From positions 242,914 through 306,913 of the forward strand of contig CAYWDM010000001.1 of assembly GCA_964457085.1 (NCBI GenBank): a stretch of 64,000 nucleotides of DNA, read 5' to 3'. This DNA is from an uncultured Pseudomonadales bacterium. Lineage in GTDB: Bacteria > Patescibacteriota > Microgenomatia > UBA1400 > PJMF01. A program made the position numbers and the translations under genes. Below are positions 1 through 9,906 of this stretch, in pieces. Each line of letters starts with the position of its first letter. Position 1 is the stretch's first letter. Below the pieces are notes generated by a model, which was not told where the DNA came from, did no database searches, and worked only from the letters and a program-made list of their open reading frames with translations.

Positions 1-30
1 ATCAAGTGTTTTTATGACTGGAAAGCTGAG

Positions 31-714
31 TTGAATAGAAACTCTGACTATGTAGCACTTCGTGGCAAGAATGGATTTGATTTCTTGGATGGTGAAATTA
101 TTAACACCAATGGCAGTAAGATTACTGAGGACAATTTCCATAGCTTTTTGCAATCTGTGGTCATCCCATACTCGCAAGCTGAAGGCTATGTTTTTTCTGA
201 CTCTCATGAGGATTATCTTACTGGATCACTTGCTAGAGTAAATCTAAACCTCGATCAAATTTCCGGTCGAACTCGTAGTGATATTCAACAATATCTAGGT
301 TTTTTCCCCAGTAATAATATTTATGACAATAACTTGGCACAAGCAGTTGAGATCCTAATCTGCGTAGATGAGGCAATCGAGATCATGCAGAACCTTAAAA
401 TTGTTGATGAGAAACCGATTAGAGTTCCACCGAGAGCTGGGATGGGAGTGGGTGTTATCGAAGCACCTCGCGGCATTTTATATCACTCTGCTGAAACTGA
501 TGAAAATGGTTTAATTAAAAAATACGACGTTATCGTGCCAACTGCTCAAAACCAAATCAATATTGAAAATGACCTCAAGAAATATTTTAACGACAATATC
601 GCTACCAAAGAAAAAGAGGAATTAAAGATAGAAGCAGAAAAAATAATTCGTGCCTATGATCCCTGCATGTCTTGTGCAACTAATTTCCTTAAAATCGACT
701 GGATTGAGTCATAA
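31..714 (+). CDS. NiFe hydrogenase large subunit (group 3b-like), C-terminal part; gene begins upstream of the window
   Basis: GSLAR, EAPRG, PTAQN and C-terminal DPCMSCATN L2-type motif followed by a short extension. Confidence 0.9.
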   Translation: MNRNSDYVALRGKNGFDFLDGEIINTNGSKITEDNFHSFLQSVVIPYSQAEGYVFSDSHEDYLTGSLARVNLNLDQISGRTRSDIQQYLGFFPSNNIYDNNLAQAVEILICVDEAIEIMQNLKIVDEKPIRVPPRAGMGVGVIEAPRGILYHSAETDENGLIKKYDVIVPTAQNQINIENDLKKYFNDNIATKEKEELKIEAEKIIRAYDPCMSCATNFLKIDWIES

Positions 715-1055
715 TCAGTTTGTTTTGACATTGGCATTCCAATGATTACGAATGTGTTAATTTTCCCTAGTTTTTTCAGATATTTTAGCTGAAAGCCTAA
801 ATCAAAGTCATGCACTGAACTTCTTGGGGGCAACACAAGTTGGCCAATATTATTCTCAGTAATAAGCGTAACTGTATCAATGCCCATTACCACATCAAGT
901 ATAACTACAGATTTTTCACCGACAAAAGGTACATCTTCGTTTGGCTTAATCTCCACAAATTGCAGATTTGGGATTGCGTCTTTCAACTGATCGGCAACTT
1001 GTAACGCCGTTTTATCAGTCTCAAGATCTCTATTTCCGAATACAAAGACCTTCAT
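654..1055 (-). CDS. Hydrogenase maturation protease-like protein (short)
   Basis: N-terminal VFVFGN..D, central ILDV and SVHD motifs; adjacent to the hydrogenase large subunit. Confidence 0.7.
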   Translation of the reverse strand: MKVFVFGNRDLETDKTALQVADQLKDAIPNLQFVEIKPNEDVPFVGEKSVVILDVVMGIDTVTLITENNIGQLVLPPRSSVHDFDLGFQLKYLKKLGKINTFVIIGMPMSKQTDYDSIQSILRKLVAQDMQGS

Positions 1056-1073
1056 ATGAGTTAGAATTATGGC

Positions 1074-1766
1074 ATGGATCTCGAGGCCTTACAACTTTGT
1101 TCAAGATTTGCTATTCAGCCAAATAAATTGGGCTATTGTGGTCTGCCCACAGCTCATCAAAAATTTCTGGACTGTTTGAAAAACAAAAAATGCGATGGAG
1201 TAGAGCAAGAAATTAAACAATTCATCGTGCTCCATCCTTATCTAAAAACGATCTCTGAAATTACTGGACTCGGCGAATTTTCCTCCCCCGTAATCGAGAG
1301 TTATTGGTATGGTAATGATTTGTTAGAACAAGTCACAGTCAAAAACTATCCCTTATTGCTGGCAAATCTAAAAAGACAGGGCGTGCCTGATTTTTTAATT
1401 GCAGAAATATCCACTAAACCCCTGAACACATTCATCCCCATTCACTTGTTTAATATATTGTTCGTAGGTGTTGGCAAAGCATCTGGCAGTGTGCCTTTCA
1501 ACCTCGAGTCAATTAATAATTGCATGATTCGCTGGGGAAAAGTTACAGCCATAAACTCAGAATATCAAATAAAAACTGTGATATTGAATTCTGAATTTAA
1601 ATTAGTGCCAACAACTCAAAAGGTCAGCCTCAATAGTAGCTTGGTTGATGATCTAAAAATTGGTGACCGAGTAACACTGCACTGGGGTGGCATCGCAGAC
1701 CGACCAACTTCAAAACAACTCAAAAATCTGAAGCACTGGACGACGAAACTACTCACCAACCTCTAA
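1074..1766 (+). CDS. DUF6390-like hydrogenase-associated protein
   Basis: PNKLGYCG, HPYL, ESYWYG motifs; C-terminal HypC-like LKIGDRVTLHWG. Confidence 0.65.
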   Translation: MDLEALQLCSRFAIQPNKLGYCGLPTAHQKFLDCLKNKKCDGVEQEIKQFIVLHPYLKTISEITGLGEFSSPVIESYWYGNDLLEQVTVKNYPLLLANLKRQGVPDFLIAEISTKPLNTFIPIHLFNILFVGVGKASGSVPFNLESINNCMIRWGKVTAINSEYQIKTVILNSEFKLVPTTQKVSLNSSLVDDLKIGDRVTLHWGGIADRPTSKQLKNLKHWTTKLLTNL

Positions 1767-2684
1767 TTGCTGCACCCGAACTGTTTTTCGACTCTCTAAC
1801 TTAGCTCCAGCCAAAAATAGTGCCAAACCTGCAACCATTAATAATAACTGATAGGTAGCAACCAGATTCCAGCTGTGTGTCACGAAAATAGCATTCAGTA
1901 TATTGGTGATAAGTGTGGCAGATACCAAAATAGCTGTGACAGTGGTAGCTTTTTCAACTTTCAAAGCACGATACCAGGTCATCACATATAACAATAACGT
2001 TGCAGCTGTAGCGAGCAACCAAAACCACTGAGTTGTTGATAAATGCAGTAAAGTGCTCAGTCCCATTGGGGCCGAAAAATGTGCGGTAACTAATAGTAGT
2101 GCCGAACCAATACCCATTCTTCCGAATGTAACCACGTCAGGATCGAGATCCTTAAGTACCTGTTTCGCAAACACGTTTTCTACCGCCCAAAAAATTGTTG
2201 CTGCCAGAATCATCCATTCACCGCTACTAAAAGTGAAACCAAAAAAACCACCGATAACTGCATTTGCATAAAAAAGCAGCATCACACCGATTAGTTTTGG
2301 CAAAGAAAGCTTCTCTTTAAGCAGTGGCCATGCCAACAATGCTACCCAGAACACCAGTGTTTTTTGTATTATGGCTGCGTTGACAGCACTTGTGCCAGCA
2401 AGACCGGTAAAAAACAAGTAAAAGGGCACATAGCCGCCTACTACACCAATTACTGCTAATTTGCCCCATTGCTTGATTGACAATTTTTTGAGTAACGAGC
2501 TCTTTTTAAGACCAAGTAAAACGGCAAACAACAAGACTCCAACAACCGCATTCTTTACACCAGTAAAGAGCACTGGAGGCTTTATCATGCCAACTGCAAA
2601 TTTATTAATAAATACCGATATCCCAGAAATAACTGCAGTTAAAAAAGCCAACTGAACTCCGCTCAGTGAGAATATTTTTTTCAT
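1749..2684 (-). CDS. DMT/EamA family transporter
   Basis: About 10 hydrophobic helices in two repeats; LKEKL loop motif. Confidence 0.85.
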   Translation of the reverse strand: MKKIFSLSGVQLAFLTAVISGISVFINKFAVGMIKPPVLFTGVKNAVVGVLLFAVLLGLKKSSLLKKLSIKQWGKLAVIGVVGGYVPFYLFFTGLAGTSAVNAAIIQKTLVFWVALLAWPLLKEKLSLPKLIGVMLLFYANAVIGGFFGFTFSSGEWMILAATIFWAVENVFAKQVLKDLDPDVVTFGRMGIGSALLLVTAHFSAPMGLSTLLHLSTTQWFWLLATAATLLLYVMTWYRALKVEKATTVTAILVSATLITNILNAIFVTHSWNLVATYQLLLMVAGLALFLAGAKLESRKTVRVQQLEVGE

Positions 2685-2710
2685 AATCGTCAGAATCTTT
2701 CAAGTTTGTA

Positions 2711-3061
2711 TTAGACAGGCCAAACCATGGCTCCAGTCTCATTGTCGTACACCTCGATTGCTTTGGTAGGACAAGACTGGGCTGCTGCCAACAAGTTCTC
2801 CTGTTCATCAGTGGCACCCTCTTTAAAGATAGCAATATTTTCAGCATCTAAATCAAATACTGCCGGTGAAACAGCCACACAACTTGCCGCACCAATACAC
2901 AAATGCTTGATTATTTTTAATCGGTATTTACCAATCACCATTTCTTTATCTACTACTCCAGCAGAAGTCGCTGGCACAGTTGAAGTGGGTGCTGCTGGTG
3001 CAACCGCTGTAACTGGAGCTGCGGCTTCAACCTGTGGTTGTTGAGTTTGAGTATCTGTCAT
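2711..3061 (-). CDS. Ferredoxin (single cluster, probably 3Fe-4S) with Ala/Pro/Thr-rich N-terminal extension
   Basis: CIGAASC...CP motif. Confidence 0.85.
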   Translation of the reverse strand: MTDTQTQQPQVEAAAPVTAVAPAAPTSTVPATSAGVVDKEMVIGKYRLKIIKHLCIGAASCVAVSPAVFDLDAENIAIFKEGATDEQENLLAAAQSCPTKAIEVYDNETGAMVWPV

Positions 3062-3075
3062 GTCTGTTTCCCTAT

Positions 3076-3936
3076 TTATATATACTTTTCTAATTCTAAC
3101 GTAATATCTCTCGCTTTTGATTCTTGATGTAAAGTTAATGGACCTTTTTCTAACAATGGAATCTGATCTTCGTAGCTTGGTCGTTGTTCTTCATATAGCA
3201 CGCCCAGAGGAATCTTTTTAAGATCCCATTCTTGAGCTTTCTCAAACGCCACAACCTTGTTTGTTCGATCATATTCTTCAGACAACCAGTAAGTGTTCTC
3301 GCGGTAAAACTGATGTGTGTATAACTTATTGTATGTGACACATGGTTGCAAAATGTCGACTAATGCAAAACCCTTGTGATCGTTAGCCCGAATAATCATG
3401 TCAGCAACTTTTGCGAGATCACCTGCATAAACACGACTTACAAAAGTAGCACCAAGTGAAATCGCCAAAGCAGTTGGATTTATTGGCTCTTCGTAGCTAC
3501 CATCTGGAGTCGACTTCGTTTTATACCCGTGTGGAGATCTAGGGGAAGTTTGTCCTGTAGTCAAACCATAAATCGCATTATCAAACAAGATTACCGTCAA
3601 ATCATGATTCCTTCTTGCCGCGTGCACAAAATGATTCGTGCCCTCCGCTAAACTATCGCCATCACCGGTATACACAAATACATTCAAATCATGCCGAGCC
3701 ATCTTAATACCTTCCGCAATTGGTATGGCTCTACCATGCAAACTACCAAATCCAGTTAGCTTTACAAAGTTGAGCATGTGACCATGGCAACCAACACCAG
3801 CAGTCAAAGCAGTGTTGGTGTTATCCCAGCCCATTTTTACCGCAGCTTGACGAAAGGCAGCCCAAATACTGATATCACCACAACCGGGACAAAAATTTAT
3901 GGTGCAGCCAGTTGAGAGATCTTGCATTGTCGTCAT
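3076..3936 (-). CDS. 2-oxoacid:ferredoxin oxidoreductase beta subunit
   Basis: FCPGCG, GVGC, HGRA, TPP-binding GDGD...DN, YGLTTGQTSP, QPCVTYN. Confidence 0.93.
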   Translation of the reverse strand: MTTMQDLSTGCTINFCPGCGDISIWAAFRQAAVKMGWDNTNTALTAGVGCHGHMLNFVKLTGFGSLHGRAIPIAEGIKMARHDLNVFVYTGDGDSLAEGTNHFVHAARRNHDLTVILFDNAIYGLTTGQTSPRSPHGYKTKSTPDGSYEEPINPTALAISLGATFVSRVYAGDLAKVADMIIRANDHKGFALVDILQPCVTYNKLYTHQFYRENTYWLSEEYDRTNKVVAFEKAQEWDLKKIPLGVLYEEQRPSYEDQIPLLEKGPLTLHQESKARDITLELEKYI

Positions 3937-5657
3937 GCCTGCCTCCCTTTCTGAATAGACTCAATCTTTTCAATAATTTGCTCAGGATAGAATGGACGGC
4001 CGTCATACCGTAGCATTCGATCATCAATTTTAATTCCGGTATGTTCGCGAATTATCGAAGCCATGTGTCCAGAAAAATTGCATTCGATATCAATGACGTG
4101 CTTAGCTTTTTCTAGATATTTTTGAACTGCATCTGCTGGAAATGGATTCGCCCAAGTGATGTGTAGATAGTTAACACCAGAGCTGAATTTCATGGCCTCT
4201 AAAATACTGCTTTTATTGCTGCCCCAAGATACTATAGTAATCTCAGCATCAGCTGGTCCATACAAAACTGGAGCCTCCATATGCGTCTTGGCACAAGTTT
4301 CCAGTTTCTTCATTCTTTTATTCATCTGCACGATTCGGTTGTCTGCCTCTTCATCAGAGTATCCATATTCATTATGCTCATCCGCATTTGCATTGAAATA
4401 ATTCCCAACTCCAACAGGGGAGCGAAGTGAAATGCCGTCTTCACTGTCTGCAAAACGTTTGTAGTCAGCAACTATTTCGGTTGTATATTTACCTCGATCA
4501 ACAACATAGTCGCCCATAACAAAAGGTGTGAAACTTTGGTCATCTTCACACATAATCTTGTCGACCACCACGACAACCGGGGTCTGATATATATCTGCCA
4601 AATTAAAGGCTTTTCTCGTCATCTCAAATGCCTCTTTAGCATCACCAGCTAATAAAACAATTCTTGGAAAATCACTCTGATGTGCTGAAAGTATCATTCT
4701 CAAATCACCTTGTTCCGTCCAGGTTGGCAAACCCGTGGCCGGACCACCTCGCATACCTTCGATTATGACTACTGGAGTTTCCGTAATTCCGGCTAGACCG
4801 TATGCTTCTGTCATTAAACAAAAACCACCACCACTCGTGGCCACCATGCTTCGTGCACCTGCGTGAGCCGCACCAATCGCCATGCCAATAGCCGAGATTT
4901 CATCCTCTGGCTGTTTAAACACAAAACCATATTTGTCCTGGAGTCGAGCAAGAGAGTAGACGATGCTTGATGTTGGGGTCATGGGATAAATTGCCGCGAA
5001 CTTCATGTCGGCTTGGATTGCCCCGAGTGCAATTGCCTCATTTGCAGTTACCAGAATCTGTTTAGCCACATCTTTTTGCTGCGTTAACACTTGCTTGATG
5101 TATTGAGCAAAATTCTCAGTTGCAAAGTCAAATCCAATTTTTGCCAATTTAATATTAGTTTCAACAACTTCCGCTTTTTTCTTGGAAAATGCTTCAGTAA
5201 TTAATTCATTGAGATGGGTTAAATCTGATCCAAGTAGTGCCATCACTGCACCCATAGCCAAAATATCTCGCATCACCTCTATACCACCATTGTCTTTTGT
5301 TAGCTGCATCAGTGGTATACCAAATTGAGTCACCTCTGCAGACAATTTCGAAGTATCAAGGTTCAACCCACTGTCAAACAACACACCAGATCCGGGTGTC
5401 ATCTCACCTGCATGTAGATTAATTGAACTTTGATCGAACGCAATTAAAAAATCTGTTGTCTGATACGTAAAATAAACAGTTTCTAATGCAAATGTGCATT
5501 GCACAGTATTGTGGCCACCTCTGATTAGCGAGGGATATTCAGAGTATCCATAGACGCTATATCCAGACCGAGTGGCGATTTTTGAAAAAGTAGTACCTAC
5601 TGCCTTAATTCCAAAGCCAGCAGGTCCAGCAACTTTAAATGTGAATGGCTTACTCAT
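3933..5657 (-). CDS. 2-oxoacid:ferredoxin oxidoreductase alpha subunit (gamma-alpha fusion)
   Basis: GPAGFGI, IRGGHN, YPMTP, EDEISA, TSGGG, RGGPATGLPT motifs. Confidence 0.93.
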   Translation of the reverse strand: MSKPFTFKVAGPAGFGIKAVGTTFSKIATRSGYSVYGYSEYPSLIRGGHNTVQCTFALETVYFTYQTTDFLIAFDQSSINLHAGEMTPGSGVLFDSGLNLDTSKLSAEVTQFGIPLMQLTKDNGGIEVMRDILAMGAVMALLGSDLTHLNELITEAFSKKKAEVVETNIKLAKIGFDFATENFAQYIKQVLTQQKDVAKQILVTANEAIALGAIQADMKFAAIYPMTPTSSIVYSLARLQDKYGFVFKQPEDEISAIGMAIGAAHAGARSMVATSGGGFCLMTEAYGLAGITETPVVIIEGMRGGPATGLPTWTEQGDLRMILSAHQSDFPRIVLLAGDAKEAFEMTRKAFNLADIYQTPVVVVVDKIMCEDDQSFTPFVMGDYVVDRGKYTTEIVADYKRFADSEDGISLRSPVGVGNYFNANADEHNEYGYSDEEADNRIVQMNKRMKKLETCAKTHMEAPVLYGPADAEITIVSWGSNKSSILEAMKFSSGVNYLHITWANPFPADAVQKYLEKAKHVIDIECNFSGHMASIIREHTGIKIDDRMLRYDGRPFYPEQIIEKIESIQKGRQA

Positions 5658-5701
5658 AGTATGCGTCTAAATCGACTTCAATAGATGCTGTTGAATCAGC
5701 A

Positions 5702-6394
5702 TCAAAAAAACTTTTCAAAATATATCTTTTCTTTTATCATGCCTTTTCTCTCCAGAATTTCAACTGCCTCTTCTATCATTTTGCCATTACCACATAAGTA
5801 AGCACTAGCCGCAGACAAATTCCCACATTCCCGTTCTAACAAATCAGTAATATGTCCAGATACACCATGCCATCGTTCATCTGGTTTTGAAAGGCACAAC
5901 ACAAACTTAATATGTGAATATTTTCTTTGTAGTTCATCAAAATATGCATTCCAAAAAATATCATCGAAGTATCGCAGGCCAAAATACAACGTCATCTTTC
6001 TGATTTCGCCACGAGCAATTGCCTCTTCAATCATGGCTTTGATTGGAGCAATGCCTGATCCAGTAACTAAAAATATAACTTCGTTTGTGCCGTCATCTGG
6101 CTGATAGACAAATCGACCAAGTGGACCCAAAAAAGTCATTTCATTACCGACCTGTAATGCCTCAAAATATTTTGAGCCAGGTCCGCCAGGCTTGATGTCA
6201 ACAATCATGCCGTAGCTTTTTTCTCCAATCACTCCTGCTAATGAATATGATCTGATATCTCGTTCGTTAACTTTAATACTAATGAATTGTCCTGGTATGA
6301 AATTGAGTGGAAGCAGTGTCTCAAATACTAAATCTACGTAGGTACTTGCAGGTCTTGATATGTGTGTAACTTTTCCAGTTGAAAAACCTGGCAT
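5702..6394 (-). CDS. FAD/NAD(P)-binding oxidoreductase (ferredoxin-NADP reductase-like)
   Basis: PGQF, RSYS, GPGS, GSGIAP, YLCG and terminal EKFF motifs. Confidence 0.9.
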   Translation of the reverse strand: MPGFSTGKVTHISRPASTYVDLVFETLLPLNFIPGQFISIKVNERDIRSYSLAGVIGEKSYGMIVDIKPGGPGSKYFEALQVGNEMTFLGPLGRFVYQPDDGTNEVIFLVTGSGIAPIKAMIEEAIARGEIRKMTLYFGLRYFDDIFWNAYFDELQRKYSHIKFVLCLSKPDERWHGVSGHITDLLERECGNLSAASAYLCGNGKMIEEAVEILERKGMIKEKIYFEKFF

Positions 6395-6645
6395 ATATTT
6401 TTTCTCAATCTATGCAGTTAGTCGTTTGACTCGCTGCGAGATGTACTAGTTATTAATTTAACATCCACCGCCCATGTGCCGTCACTATTCACAATCAATG
6501 GGTTTAATTCAGCTTGGCTTGTTTTTTTGCCACAACAAACAATGACAATATATTTGCTGTGTTTACTATAGCTCTTTTTAACAATAAATACCTCTACTAG
6601 TACCGATGTATGTAGTCGTAGGACACTGTTTTCTAACAATAAGTA

Positions 6646-6675
6646 AATAGACCTCGTCACTTTCGCAACGAGGTC
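6646..6675. terminator. Hairpin, probable terminator of the 6701-6940 gene
   Basis: TAGACCTCGT...ACGAGGTCTA inverted repeat. Confidence 0.55.
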
Positions 6676-6700
6676 TACATTGTTTGGTCGGTGATAACGC

Positions 6701-6940
6701 CTATGAGAGCAAGGTAATCTTATTCTCGGCATCCTCCCGATCGTCAAATTCCAACAACTTGCCATTTTGAGTCAACAATTTGAGTTTGTTGAAGCCACGC
6801 TCCACAACCACACGTTCGGTTGTTCCGTAGCCTTGAGGCAAATCATCAGTCGGCTCGACTTGGATGAATGTTCCTTTAACATCCAAATGTCTCGGCGCCA
6901 TATCGGACTCTTTAGTTGTTACTTTGACTAACGCTTTCAT
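6701..6940 (-). CDS. Small hypothetical protein (79 aa)
   Basis: AGGAGG upstream of ATG at 6940; downstream hairpin. Confidence 0.6.
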   Translation of the reverse strand: MKALVKVTTKESDMAPRHLDVKGTFIQVEPTDDLPQGYGTTERVVVERGFNKLKLLTQNGKLLEFDDREDAENKITLLS

Positions 6941-7143
6941 GCGTTCAGTCCTCCTAAAATGAATTTTTTGCTGCTCACCCAGTCCTTGAGGTCTCGCTGA
7001 CCCCAGATGAGCAACCTTGCGATTATTGATACACATCAGATATGTATCAACATCCTATATTTTAGCAAGAAATCAGTTATAGGCAACACTCAAAAGTGAA
7101 GTAAGTAAAAATCCTGTTATGATGTGTGTAAGGAAAAAAATAT

Positions 7144-7482
7144 ATGAAATGGTCAATTCGCTTACTGTATCTCTACCTCTTTTCGTTTGTAGGTCTACTG
7201 ATCTCGATTATTGGTAGCATTCAACTCACAGATTTAGCAATTAAAGCATATGTGTTCAAAGTTGAAGAATATCCTGTCTTTGTTTCACCTGAAATTATTG
7301 AGGATTCAAAAATCTCGATAGAGCAACAAAAGGCTCAACAAGAGACAATGATGAAACAGCAAGTACGAGAAGCTGGTAACCAACGTAAACGACAAATCAG
7401 CAACTCATTGTCTATGATTGCAATTGGACTTCCAGTCTATCTATATCACTGGCTCACTATTAAAAAAGAATCTAAAGCCTAA
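7144..7482 (+). CDS. Two-TM membrane protein (DUF5671-like)
   Basis: RLLYLY...GL N-terminus and GLPVYLYHW C-terminus. Confidence 0.6.
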   Translation: MKWSIRLLYLYLFSFVGLLISIIGSIQLTDLAIKAYVFKVEEYPVFVSPEIIEDSKISIEQQKAQQETMMKQQVREAGNQRKRQISNSLSMIAIGLPVYLYHWLTIKKESKA

Positions 7483-7528
7483 AAAATCTCAAGCTTCTAA
7501 ATTCAACACCACAAAATACGATAATAGT

Positions 7529-9628
7529 ATGAGCAAAATAAGTGACTCTGAACAACCGATTAATCCGTTATTCGCCATTCTCATATTTCTTGCTTCCTTT
7601 CTAACTTTCGCAGTAGAACCACTGTTTAGCAAATTACTCTTACCGGTCTTTGGAGGTAGTGCCATGGTCTGGACTACCTGTTCATTATTTTTTCAAGTAT
7701 TACTGTTATTGAGTTACAGCTATATTTTTATACTTGAAAAACTCACCTGGAAAATACAAAGATTCACGTATATTTTTGCTGCACTGGTAATTATTTTAGC
7801 TTCATCAACCCATATTTTTGGAGTCAAACTTTCACTGACAGAGCTACCAAGCTTACTCAATACTCTAACAAATGGGGATGAGGTATTGAACATCGTTACT
7901 GTTGGCATGCTGAGCATGGGAACGGCATTTTTTTTCCTCGGAACCATCTCTACATCGATACAAGTACTTGCAACTCGCCAAAAAATTAAAAATCCATATA
8001 TTTTGTACCGAGCCTCAAATATTGGCTCGTTTATGGGTCTTTTTTCATTTCCCCTCATTCTTGAGCCTTTCTTCACCTCAAATGAGCTACTCAAAATGTG
8101 GTCGGGAATGGCACTAATGGTTACCTGTTGCGTAGGTTTGCTGTATGTAGCGACAAATAAAAAAGTGACAGCAGTCACAACACCAACCATATCTAAAAAT
8201 CCCACACTCAAAGAAGTAATGACCTGGTCACTGCTGGCAGCATTCCCAGTGGCCCTGTTGCTCGCTGCCACTAATCAAATCACTCTGGGAGTAGCACCAA
8301 TACCATATCTTTGGATTTTACCTCTTGGTGCATATTTGCTTGGATATATCATTGCATTTGGTATATATAAGCCGGAAGCATTACTCATATTATTGCTCGT
8401 AAGTATTAACTTTGCTGGATTGTTATCCTTGATTGAAAATAAAACTACCGTAACCAGCTATTTGCTGCAAGTACTCACACTATTATCCATTACCGGAATT
8501 AGTTCATTACTATTTCACTCGAAAGCTTACTCCTTGCGTCCGGAGAAATCGAAACTCAGTTATTTCTATCTCAGCCTCGCATTTGGTGGCACCATTGGTG
8601 GTTTTTTAGTGAGCATTGTGGCTCCACTCGTATTCAAAGATTACTTTGAGCTTGAACTGTTGCTAATAGTTGGCACACTCTATGCGCTTATCCAATATTC
8701 AAAACAGATACCGCTAAAATTACAGATTTTTTCCAAAACAAAAAAAATATCTATGAAAATACTCAGTGGAATTACTGCACTCGTGTTTACCACATTCATT
8801 TTCAATAGAGTATTTACCTCATACACTGATCATAAAATATACCACTCCAGAAATTTCTACGGCTCTTTGAGCGTCAGTGAAAACTCGGGAGAAAGAACAT
8901 TAGCAAACGGCAATATTGTTCACGGCACTCAATTTATGGGGGAACGTGCAAATATCCCTACTACTTACTACAGTCAAGAAAGCGGTATTGGTAAATCACT
9001 TGAGTTTTTCAAGAAAAAAAGAGGCAATGAACCACTTCGAATGGGAGTCATTGGATTAGGCACTGGCAGCTTAGCAAGTTATTGCCAACCAAAGGACCTG
9101 TATGTTTTTTTTGAGATTAATGAGCAGGTGATAACAGTTGCTAAAAAATATTTTAGCTATCTTGATCACTGTCAAAATACAACGATCATTCTAGGAGATG
9201 CCAGAACACAATTATCAATTCAAAATCCTCAATCAGAATCTGAAAAATATGACTTACTTGCGATTGATGCATTCACCGATGATGCCATTCCCACTCACCT
9301 CCTCACTGTCGAGGCGGGCGAGCTCTATCTACAAAAAATTAAATCAGATGGGGCTTTACTTTTTCATGTTTCAAATCGCTACCTAGATCTTGAAAAAGTC
9401 TTAGTCGGATTTGCAGAAAAAGAAAAATTAATCAGTAAGAGATTGTTGCATACTCCAAAAAATAGTAGTTCTGGTGAGGTAATCTCGCATTGGATACTTA
9501 TTACCAAATCTGTAGAAGTTGCAGCTGCCATCTCAGAATCCTTTGAATTAGATCCGGTGCCCCCCAGACCAGTCATCTGGACCGATAACTACAGCAATAT
9601 GTTAAGAGTGATAAAACTCACTGAGTAG
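7529..9628 (+). CDS. Fused membrane domain/spermidine synthase-like SAM-dependent transferase
   Basis: LLLPVFGGSAMVW, multi-TM N-half, RNFYG, HGTQ, VIGLGTG, GDAR, DAF, HVSNRY, WTD; start set at ATG 7529. Confidence 0.85.
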   Translation: MSKISDSEQPINPLFAILIFLASFLTFAVEPLFSKLLLPVFGGSAMVWTTCSLFFQVLLLLSYSYIFILEKLTWKIQRFTYIFAALVIILASSTHIFGVKLSLTELPSLLNTLTNGDEVLNIVTVGMLSMGTAFFFLGTISTSIQVLATRQKIKNPYILYRASNIGSFMGLFSFPLILEPFFTSNELLKMWSGMALMVTCCVGLLYVATNKKVTAVTTPTISKNPTLKEVMTWSLLAAFPVALLLAATNQITLGVAPIPYLWILPLGAYLLGYIIAFGIYKPEALLILLLVSINFAGLLSLIENKTTVTSYLLQVLTLLSITGISSLLFHSKAYSLRPEKSKLSYFYLSLAFGGTIGGFLVSIVAPLVFKDYFELELLLIVGTLYALIQYSKQIPLKLQIFSKTKKISMKILSGITALVFTTFIFNRVFTSYTDHKIYHSRNFYGSLSVSENSGERTLANGNIVHGTQFMGERANIPTTYYSQESGIGKSLEFFKKKRGNEPLRMGVIGLGTGSLASYCQPKDLYVFFEINEQVITVAKKYFSYLDHCQNTTIILGDARTQLSIQNPQSESEKYDLLAIDAFTDDAIPTHLLTVEAGELYLQKIKSDGALLFHVSNRYLDLEKVLVGFAEKEKLISKRLLHTPKNSSSGEVISHWILITKSVEVAAAISESFELDPVPPRPVIWTDNYSNMLRVIKLTE

Positions 9629-9629
9629 A

Positions 9630-9829
9630 TACAAAAAAAGACGCATAAATGCGTCTTCTTTTGTAATGAGCGAGAAACGGGATTTACGATTCACTACGCT
9701 CACATGCATTAGGAGGGTGCTGTGCACTCTCCGTCACGAACCCTGCGGGTTCTCATTTTATTGCAATGGTTTATTACAAAAAAAGACGCATAAATGCGTC
9801 TTCTTTTGTAATGAGCGAGAAACGGGATT
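9630..9829. repeat. 55-bp exact direct repeat (9630-9684 = 9775-9829) containing the tRNA-Gly 3' end plus hairpin; 145-bp period
   Basis: Direct sequence comparison. Confidence 0.95.
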
Positions 9830-9887
9830 CGAACCCGCGACCTTCTCCTTGGCAAGGAGACGCTCTAGCCAGCTGAGCTATTCTCGC
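9814..9887 (-). tRNA. tRNA-Gly(GCC)
   Basis: GCGAGAA/TTCTCGC acceptor, TCTCC-TTGCCAA-GGAGA anticodon arm, TTCGAAT T-loop. Confidence 0.97.
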
Positions 9888-9906
9888 ATATGATCAAGTT
9901 GCGATT

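Noticed and set aside
6418-6765. 115-aa ORF
   Set aside because: Overlaps the better-supported 6701-6940 gene and crosses its terminator; no recognisable motif.
9630-9829. Possible CRISPR array
   Set aside because: Only two copies, 55-bp repeat with 90-bp spacer, tRNA-derived, and no cas genes in the window.
9666-9893. 75-aa ORF
   Set aside because: Antisense translation of tRNA-Gly and its repeat (ERETGFEPATFSLARRRSSQLSYSR is a tRNA shadow).
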